NCBI GenBank assembly: GCA_964368945.1
Contig: CAYJDM010000003.1
Coordinates: 22,231-86,230 of the forward strand
Length of the DNA stretch: 64,000 bases
Source of the DNA: an uncultured Candidatus Saccharibacteria bacterium
GTDB lineage: Bacteria; Patescibacteriota; Minisyncoccia; Phycocordibacterales; CAIZLB01
Direction: 5' to 3'
Shown: one piece after another, positions 57,303 through 64,000 of the stretch
How positions within the stretch are numbered: the first letter of the stretch is position 1
How the letters are laid out: every line of letters begins with the position of its first letter
Translations under genes and position numbers: made by a program
Notes under the pieces: generated by a model
Databases searched by the model: none
Told to the model about the DNA's origin: nothing
The model's input: only the letters and a program-made list of their open reading frames with translations

Positions 57303-58781
57303 ATGGACTACTCCCTCACCCAAGAAAAGCAAGCCAAAGATCAAGCGGATCGAAAGAAGAAATACGCCAGCAATTATGCGCCTGGCGGAGGCTATTCATA
57401 TGGCGAGCAGCAGAAGCAGAATCGGGACTTTCGCATTCCTCCGCACAGCCTCGATGCCGAGCAGGCCGTTCTCGGTTCTGTCATGCTTCGAAGCGATATC
57501 CTCAATGACATCATCGACCTGATCGGCGAGGAATCATTTTATAGCGAGCGACACAAGATCATCTTCCGAACGATGACCGATCTGCAGGCTGCAACCACTC
57601 CGATCGACCTCCTCTCCCTCAAGACTCGCCTCGAAGAAAAGCAGGAGCTCGATACCATTGGCGGATCGGCGTATCTTGCAGAGCTCGTAAACTCCGTGCC
57701 ATCCGCAGCGAATGCCACATACTATGGAGAAATCGTCCAAAAGAAATTCGCAATGCGAAATCTTATCCTCGCATCAGAGCAGATCAATCAGATCGGATAT
57801 CAGGAAGACGGCGCCCTCGAAGAAATCCTCGACAATGCCGAGAAGAAGATTTTCGAAATCACAGGAAAGGGCCATAAGCATAAATTCACCGACATCAAAT
57901 CCGCTCTCGTCGAGACTTGGGAGACGATTGAGAAATTGCATAATAATAAGGATGAGCTACGCGGTGTGCCTACTGGATTCAAAGCACTCGATAACCTGCT
58001 CGCCGGACTTCAGAAATCCGACCTCATTATCCTCGCCGCCCGACCTTCCATGGGTAAGACTACTTTTGCCCTCGACCTCGCGCGGCATGCCGCCGTCGAT
58101 CATAAGATTCCGGTCTGCGTTTTCTCATTGGAAATGAGCGCCGCGCAATTGGCGCAGCGAATGCTCTCTTCTGAATCCCGAGTAGATGCATGGAAATTGC
58201 GTACTGCCAAGAACTTGAATCAGACCGATTTCAGCATGATCCAGGACAGCATCGGACGGCTATCGGACGCGCCTATCTATATCGATGATCAGCCGGGAAA
58301 CAATATCCTCAAGATGCGAAGCTTTGCCCGAAAGCTCAAGGCTGAAAAAGGCCTCGGGCTAATCGTCGTGGATTACCTCCAGCTCATGGCGCCGGTCCAG
58401 ACTCGCGGCAGCGACAACCTCGTGCAGCAGGTGACGGAGATCTCGCGATCACTCAAGCATCTCGCCAGAGAGCTCGATGTGCCCGTCCTCGCCCTCTCAC
58501 AGCTCTCACGAGCCGTCGAGCAGCGCGGAGGCAAGCCTCGCCTCTCCGACCTGCGAGATTCAGGTTCCATCGAGCAGGATGCCGATGTGGTTATGTTCAT
58601 CCACCGAGAAGATCGCTATAAGGATCAGTCGGAAAAAGACGGCATCGCCGAAATCCTCATCGAAAAGCATCGAAATGGTGCCACAGGCGTCGCGCAGCTC
58701 AAATTCGACGGAGCTCATACTACTTTCCTCAACCTGGAAAAGAGCGACTTTGGGGATTTTGCCGATCATATGGAGGGCTAA
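57303..58781 (+). CDS. dnaB: replicative DNA helicase
   Basis: Start set at the ATG at 57303 (MDYSL...), because the track start is a TTG; N-terminal LPPHSLDAEQAVLGSVM; Walker A ARPSMGKTTFAL; Walker B IVVDYLQLM; arginine finger region. Confidence 0.9.
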   Translation: MDYSLTQEKQAKDQADRKKKYASNYAPGGGYSYGEQQKQNRDFRIPPHSLDAEQAVLGSVMLRSDILNDIIDLIGEESFYSERHKIIFRTMTDLQAATTPIDLLSLKTRLEEKQELDTIGGSAYLAELVNSVPSAANATYYGEIVQKKFAMRNLILASEQINQIGYQEDGALEEILDNAEKKIFEITGKGHKHKFTDIKSALVETWETIEKLHNNKDELRGVPTGFKALDNLLAGLQKSDLIILAARPSMGKTTFALDLARHAAVDHKIPVCVFSLEMSAAQLAQRMLSSESRVDAWKLRTAKNLNQTDFSMIQDSIGRLSDAPIYIDDQPGNNILKMRSFARKLKAEKGLGLIVVDYLQLMAPVQTRGSDNLVQQVTEISRSLKHLARELDVPVLALSQLSRAVEQRGGKPRLSDLRDSGSIEQDADVVMFIHREDRYKDQSEKDGIAEILIEKHRNGATGVAQLKFDGAHTTFLNLEKSDFGDFADHMEG

Positions 58782-59073
58782 TGAGGATAAAAAAATGCGC
58801 GCCCTGCCTTATGCGCAAAGGTACCGTGCCCTCTCCTTTTTTTGCAAGCTTGACAGTTTTTACGGGTATGCTATAAAAGTGTCGTTCCCTGAAGCAATCC
58901 GCTAAGGAAACACTTGTACGAACATACCGCAATACGCCTATGAAATCGACGATGCAAATCAGCCATAATCGCTCTTACTCTCTCCACGCCGGCGCCGGTG
59001 CCGCAAGCGGCCAGGACCTGCAGGTCTAAGCCGCGGCGACGCCTGGCAGCCCCCTCACGCTAAGGCGTCAAAT

Positions 59074-59112
59074 AGCTCCACCCCGAAAGTTCGGGGTGGA
59101 GCTACTTTTTTT
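59074..59112. terminator. bidirectional intrinsic terminator between convergent genes
   Basis: AGCTCCACCCCGAA-AG-TTCGGGGTGGAGCT plus T8. Confidence 0.7.
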
Positions 59113-59126
59113 TCAATCATTGCCTG

Positions 59127-59438
59127 CTATTTGTTAGCCGGATCCGATTCCTCTACTGGCTCTTTTTTGGCAAGCTCAACTGCGAGCAATTTGTATGCTG
59201 CTTCCACGACATGCGCATCGACTTTGAGCTTGGCCATGAAGTCGAGGATTTCGCGGGCGACCGGATCCGGATTATTCTTGATATCGAACCAGACGCGAAC
59301 GAGGGCTTCGGCTTGGCTCCGTATCTTTTTTTCCTCTTCGAAGTTTCTTACTTGTGTAATTTCTGAAAATTTCATATGCATGATCTCGGCGGCACTGGCA
59401 GGTCCGTCGCATTTATATATCCTCATTATCCTATACAC
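59127..59438 (-). CDS. hypothetical protein
   Basis: 103 aa, helical and acidic; no motif. Confidence 0.45.
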   Translation of the reverse strand: MYRIMRIYKCDGPASAAEIMHMKFSEITQVRNFEEEKKIRSQAEALVRVWFDIKNNPDPVAREILDFMAKLKVDAHVVEAAYKLLAVELAKKEPVEESDPANK

Positions 59439-59602
59439 ATTGCAAAGTTGACAAATCCTTAAATAAGTAGTATATATAAGCCACCTTTCGTCTCATCAAA
59501 CCAAAACCGAAAATACCAGCAGACAGAAGGCGTGACTCTTCACACAGCAAAGAAGAATTAGTTCAAAAACGACCAGAATGACCAGAAACCAGACTACCGA
59601 CC

Positions 59603-60124
59603 ATGAAAGCACTCCTCATTATCGCGCTCATCGCCCTTTGCGTTTTCAATCCATTCGCTCCGACTGAATCGAAGCTTCCAGCCTCAGCATCCTCCGGTCC
59701 GCCGGTCGAAGCCAAAGCCGCGAGCAAAGAGCAGCTGCTCGAAAGCAATAGCGAGCCGGCGCCCGAACAATACACTGGCCAATGGATACCCGTTAACGAC
59801 CGCACGACTACGCTTCGCGCATACAACGAACCTGAAGGATTCGTCCTGACTCTTGAAAGAAAGCCCGGGACGATACCCAGGCTGATAATCAAGACTGAAG
59901 ACCGCAGCATAGATTACGACCTGCTCGCAACCGCTTCCAGTATCCATGTATTCCAGACTACGGTCCCTCGCAATGACGGTCCGATCATAGGATGGATCCA
60001 GGTCATAAACCCTGACAAGAGCACGCTCTATAAGGGAAAGGTTGAGGTGTACGGCCTGATATATACGGACGAACCGCCGCAGTCAAACCAACAAAAACAA
60101 AAAACAATAGCAAAGAAACAGTAA
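59603..60124 (+). CDS. secreted hypothetical protein
   Basis: Signal peptide MKALLIIALIALCVFNPFAP; 173 aa. Confidence 0.55.
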   Translation: MKALLIIALIALCVFNPFAPTESKLPASASSGPPVEAKAASKEQLLESNSEPAPEQYTGQWIPVNDRTTTLRAYNEPEGFVLTLERKPGTIPRLIIKTEDRSIDYDLLATASSIHVFQTTVPRNDGPIIGWIQVINPDKSTLYKGKVEVYGLIYTDEPPQSNQQKQKTIAKKQ

Positions 60125-60172
60125 AACGCGGCGCGATCAGATGATCGTCCAATACGCGAAAGAAATCCTTGC

Positions 60173-60214
60173 CTCCCCCCGGCCGTCCCTGCGACCGGGG
60201 GGATTCTTTTTTTG
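60173..60214 (+). terminator. intrinsic terminator
   Basis: CCCCCCGG-CCGTCCCTGCGA-CCGGGGGG plus TTCTTTTTTTG. Confidence 0.65.
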
Positions 60215-60272
60215 CCCTTTTTGTACATATTTGGCATATCCCAGGCCATGTTATAATTGCCCGAAACGACCT

Positions 60273-60947
60273 ATGGACACCCTCGAAAAACTCATAGAAG
60301 AATTCAAGAAATTCCCAGGAATCGGGCCGAGGCAGGCGCGGCGCTTTGCATATCATATCCTCCATCTTGACCATGCCGATGCTGAGCATCTGAGCGCATT
60401 GGTCGGCAAGCTCAAATCCGGCATCCTGACTTGTCCGCGATGCTTCAGGTTTTTTTCACCAAAATTTAAGGTGGAAAATGCATCCGCTGATGCGACCCCT
60501 GGCGGCAATCGGCTCCTCTGCGGCATCTGCCTCGACCAGAATCGCGATCAGCGCACGCTGATGATCCTGACGCAAGATACCGATATCAATGCCGTCGAGC
60601 AGCGCCGCATCTATAATGGGCTGTATTTCGTTATGGGAAAAAACGCCGAGCTTTCATCGCTCGATCCCCTCACCCTGCCACGTTTGCGAGACCTGGAGGA
60701 TCGACTTCGAGCTGATGCGAATGCTGGCGACAATGGCGTACGCGAAATCATCCTCGCCATGAATGCGAATACCGAGGGCGAGCATACGGGCGAAATCATC
60801 GAGCGCAAGCTCCGAGAGATCAGCGCTCCCCTGCCCGCTGACAAGAAGTTCAAAGTCACAGCGCTGGGCCGCGGACTTTCTACCGGCACGGAGCTCGAAT
60901 ATTCCGATACGGAGACTTTGAAGAGCGCGATTGAGAATCGGCGATAG
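60273..60947 (+). CDS. recR: recombination protein RecR
   Basis: Start at MDTLEKLIEEFKKFPGIGPRQARRFAYHIL (helix-hairpin-helix); C4 zinc finger CPRC...CGIC; Toprim domain; a TATAAT hexamer sits 16 nt upstream. Confidence 0.9.
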   Translation: MDTLEKLIEEFKKFPGIGPRQARRFAYHILHLDHADAEHLSALVGKLKSGILTCPRCFRFFSPKFKVENASADATPGGNRLLCGICLDQNRDQRTLMILTQDTDINAVEQRRIYNGLYFVMGKNAELSSLDPLTLPRLRDLEDRLRADANAGDNGVREIILAMNANTEGEHTGEIIERKLREISAPLPADKKFKVTALGRGLSTGTELEYSDTETLKSAIENRR

Positions 60948-61035
60948 TTTTTTTATAAAAAAGACAAACTTAAAGCGGCCCCTCCGGAAATTTCCGGAGG
61001 GGCCGCGCATTTTGCCGCATTTCACGACATGGTTT

Positions 61036-61671
61036 TTATTGCCTGTTGCCAGGAAACTGTCCCGGCTGAGGCGGTGCCGCCATCGCGACAGGTTGGAATG
61101 GAGACGACGCCGGCGGTGGATTTTGCGGAGGATACATGGCATTGAAGCCACTGGACCGTTTTGCCTTGCCTCTGAGCGAGACGCTGAGTAATGCGCAGAA
61201 TACGCCGATCTGCATCATTGTAATCCAGGGCATCATCTCATAATCGAATCCCGAGATATATTGCCAGCCATAGGCAATCGCGCCATTGAATTCATCGCCG
61301 TCGAGAACATCGACCCTGACGATGAGATCGCTGATCTTGTGCCCGGGTATGGCGTGGATCACCGGAGCGATGAATACCGCAACGAGCAGATAATAAACGG
61401 TGCTGAGATAAAATGCGATCCGCGCCAGCCTGGAAATCGGGCTGAGATTTTCGGGCCGCGGCTCGAAGGTGATGATAAAGAGGCCGAACATGGCTATAGC
61501 AAAGCCTGCAATTGAGTAAGAACAAGGGTACATGGTTGGTAGTCTGGGTTTTTGGTTTCTGTGACGGGTGAACAGGTTGTGTATGGTCCAGCAGAAAGGA
61601 AGGGTTTCCTTGCCGTTTGAACGCATCAGCACCATACCACTATTTATCAATTTTGACAAATATCCATGCAT
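61036..61671 (-). CDS. hypothetical membrane protein
   Basis: 4 TM helices plus a Pro-rich C-terminal tail; start uncertain. Confidence 0.45.
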   Translation of the reverse strand: MHGYLSKLINSGMVLMRSNGKETLPFCWTIHNLFTRHRNQKPRLPTMYPCSYSIAGFAIAMFGLFIITFEPRPENLSPISRLARIAFYLSTVYYLLVAVFIAPVIHAIPGHKISDLIVRVDVLDGDEFNGAIAYGWQYISGFDYEMMPWITMMQIGVFCALLSVSLRGKAKRSSGFNAMYPPQNPPPASSPFQPVAMAAPPQPGQFPGNRQ

Positions 61672-61758
61672 GAATTACATTGATACCGACTCATGTGAGT
61701 TTGTACGATCAATGCCTGATCGTACAATCGATCCTTAACCCCAAACCGCACCCAGCAC

Positions 61759-62109
61759 ATGTCCGAAAACCCAACAAGAATAAAGTACGTAACATTCACG
61801 GTCGTCATGCCGAAATTCAAAGGCGGCCGTTATGTCGAACAATCGAGGATCGATCCTGACCAGAAGCCCAAGCAGGGATTCGCAATGGGCACGGAAGAAA
61901 ACCTGCGACTCCTCCTGCCTGATAATAAAAAACTGGCAGGGATTGTCGATTATCCCTTGGAAATCAGTGACTTGGAATGCGTCGAACGGCAGGAGTTCTT
62001 GCGTCGCATGGCTACCCGCAAGGGTGAGACCGTAGAAATGACCGCTCGAGAGACGTTAACGGTCCAGGGCTATGCGGCCAGCATGGCTTGGTACTTCGGC
62101 GATTTTTGA
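61759..62109 (+). CDS. hypothetical protein
   Basis: 116 aa; followed by a terminator. Confidence 0.45.
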   Translation: MSENPTRIKYVTFTVVMPKFKGGRYVEQSRIDPDQKPKQGFAMGTEENLRLLLPDNKKLAGIVDYPLEISDLECVERQEFLRRMATRKGETVEMTARETLTVQGYAASMAWYFGDF

Positions 62110-62146
62110 AATAGCCCCTTTCACTACAAATCGACTCGATTCATGC

Positions 62147-62186
62147 AAAAAGCCGTTCCAGCAATCCGGAACGGCTTTTTTCCTAT
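62147..62186. terminator. bidirectional intrinsic terminator
   Basis: AAAAAGCCGTTCC-AGCAAT-CCGGAACGGCTTTTTT. Confidence 0.65.
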
Positions 62187-62207
62187 TCCGACCTGAACGA
62201 ATCTGGC

Positions 62208-62606
62208 TTAGATAGAAAGAATCTTCACCTTGAAATATGGCTGTCGGTGGCCGTTCTTCTTTGGTCCCGATCGAGACTTCTGGATGTATCGGATAGCGAT
62301 GACCTTTGCATGTCGAGCGATGTCTTCGATCTCGGCAGAGACCTTTGCGCCTGAGATGAATGGAGTTCCGATAGTCGTATCAGAGCCATTATCCTTGACG
62401 AGGACTTCGTTGAATTCGATCTTGTCGCCGATCTTGTGATCGCCGATGATCTTTTCGATCTTGACAGTGTCGCCTACAGAAACTCGGTACTGCTTGCCTC
62501 CAGTCTTGAATACTGCGAATGCCGCAGTTGATGCATCTGTGCCTGCAGCAACCTTTGCCTTTCGAACGGGTGCCTTAGCGGCGCTTTTTGTAATAGTCTT
62601 TGCCAT
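62208..62606 (-). CDS. rplU: 50S ribosomal protein L21
   Basis: FAVFKTGGKQYRVSVGDTVKIEKI...GHRQPYFKVKILSI, with a 20-aa Ala/Lys-rich N-terminal extension. Confidence 0.88.
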   Translation of the reverse strand: MAKTITKSAAKAPVRKAKVAAGTDASTAAFAVFKTGGKQYRVSVGDTVKIEKIIGDHKIGDKIEFNEVLVKDNGSDTTIGTPFISGAKVSAEIEDIARHAKVIAIRYIQKSRSGPKKNGHRQPYFKVKILSI

Positions 62607-62845
62607 ATGGGTATTTGTTATATAGGGTTACCATTCTACTGAATTTTCATGATAAAGCAACCCCTGTCCTGCAACGGCTTGTCAATTGCGCAAAGTGGTG
62701 GTTTTCCTGACTTTTTTTGGCCCATATGCAAAATATGGCCAAAAACAAAGATAAAAGCCCCGCACGTTTCCGTGCGAGGCCCAAATGCCGGTTTCGAGGC
62801 TTTCGCCCTGACCAGCATCGTCATATATATCCAGGCCTGCCCTGC

Positions 62846-64000
62846 CTACAGTTCCTGATGCGATAAGAAATGCTGCCACATTTCCTGAAATTCAGGAGAC
62901 GCGGCAAGCAAGCTATCGAATGTGCCATCCCCTATGATCTCCCCGTCGCTGAATAGCAGGACGCGGTCGAATCTTTTGAGGAGGTTCAGGCGATGAATGG
63001 AGGCCAGGATGGTCTTTCCGGAAAATTCTCGGAATATGTTTTCATAGACCGCGACTTCCGTTGGAGCATCAAGGCTGCTCGTCGCTTCATCCAGAAGCAA
63101 TATCTGTCTGTCTTGGCTAGCGATAAGAGCCCGAGCGAGCGCGAGGCGCTGCTGTTCGCCGCCGCTCAGATTCATGCCGTCTTCCTTTACGGAAGACTCA
63201 TAGCCATTGGGCAGTCCTTGCGCGACATTCGTGAAGCAGGCCATATCCGAAAAGCGCATGACTATCGCAGGGTCGTGATCGACGCCGAGCGTGATATTTT
63301 CCCATACGGTAGTCGTGAACATTTCGGGACATTGAGGCACGAGGGCGATCGCCTCCGCTATGCCCTTGAATCCATGCTGGATTGCGACGCCGTCGACGGA
63401 CAGACTGACGGATTTCGTATGATAGAGATCGCGCATCGCCTTGAGCAGCGTGGTCTTGCCACTTCCGCTCCTGCCAATGACTGCAATCCTCTCGCCGCGA
63501 TGCAGATCGAATCTGACATCGCGAAGCCGTGCCGGAGCATCCTTGTCATCTTTTGACTTCCCATTTGCATAGGAAAAATTCAGGCCAGATATGCTCAGCG
63601 TCTTCCAATCCTCGGGCAAGGCATGCTCGACCGAAGGGACATCAACGAAGTGCTCAGCCAGCTCCTCGGAATTCATGACCTGCGTCTTCCGCTTGACGGT
63701 ATCGCTATATCGGGAAGCGACCATGTAAAACAGGTCGCTGATATTGCCGAGATAGCGCCACAGAATGTATATGCCGCCGACGAGAACCGTCTGAGAGCGG
63801 CTGACACAATCCAGGAAATACGCCGCAACGACAATCGCTATGGTCAGCGCGCAGCAGATGCTCGTGAGGAACCATTTGATCTCATTTATCTTGTTATTTT
63901 CCTTGAAGAGACCGAAGGGCTTCATGACTTTTTCCACGATCGCATTATAAACGGGCACCCCGACGCGCAGGATGACTACAGTGGTGATATTGCTGATCGC
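62846..64000 (-). CDS. ABC exporter, fused permease/ATPase (5' end truncated by the window edge)
   Basis: C-terminal NBD with Walker A GRSGSGKTT, ABC signature LSGGEQQRLALARAL, Walker B ILLLDEATSSLD; the visible upstream part is the last TM helices. Confidence 0.85.
   Translation of the reverse strand, partial: AISNITTVVILRVGVPVYNAIVEKVMKPFGLFKENNKINEIKWFLTSICCALTIAIVVAAYFLDCVSRSQTVLVGGIYILWRYLGNISDLFYMVASRYSDTVKRKTQVMNSEELAEHFVDVPSVEHALPEDWKTLSISGLNFSYANGKSKDDKDAPARLRDVRFDLHRGERIAVIGRSGSGKTTLLKAMRDLYHTKSVSLSVDGVAIQHGFKGIAEAIALVPQCPEMFTTTVWENITLGVDHDPAIVMRFSDMACFTNVAQGLPNGYESSVKEDGMNLSGGEQQRLALARALIASQDRQILLLDEATSSLDAPTEVAVYENIFREFSGKTILASIHRLNLLKRFDRVLLFSDGEIIGDGTFDSLLAASPEFQEMWQHFLSHQEL

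Overview
Chromosomal window of 64 kb from a small-genome bacterium. The dense gene packing and many short hypothetical membrane proteins look CPR/Patescibacteria-like, but the phylum is not certain. About half of the window is conserved housekeeping genes:
- ribosomal/RNAP block infA-rpmJ-rpsM-rpsK-rpsD-rpoA-rplQ-rplM-rpsI;
- chaperones grpE-dnaK-dnaJ;
- tRNA ligases trpS, aspS/asnS type 2, gltX and cysS;
- cell-wall genes for a PBP5-like DD-carboxypeptidase, mraY, ftsW, murG and an M23 peptidase;
- scpA/scpB, asnB, ung, rpmA, rplI, rplU, ctpA, dnaB and recR, plus a partial ABC exporter at the 3' edge.

Between these blocks are accessory insertions:
1. A T-box riboswitch leader upstream of the Asp/Asn-tRNA ligase.
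2. A nucleotide-centric cluster at 26.5-31 kb: a CYTH protein, a wHTH-Nudix fusion with a degenerate Nudix box, two further Nudix hydrolases and a Pol-beta nucleotidyltransferase. The cluster splits scpA from scpB.
3. An island of a 365-aa orphan protein plus a Phd/RelE toxin-antitoxin pair inserted between ftsW and murG, next to a tRNA-like gene that will not fold canonically.
4. A lipid module of a PlsC-like acyltransferase and an acyl-ACP-reductase-like oxidoreductase, flanking an uncalled 26-aa Lys/Pro-rich mini-ORF that has a perfect Shine-Dalgarno site and a terminator.
5. An uncalled rpmJ gene, and a 277-aa orphan inserted into the infA-rpmJ junction.
6. Structured or repeated intergenic elements upstream of asnB, upstream of rpmA and downstream of dnaB.

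I found no rRNA, CRISPR array, transposase or integrase. All calls are made by eye from motifs and the ORF track; no database searches were run.
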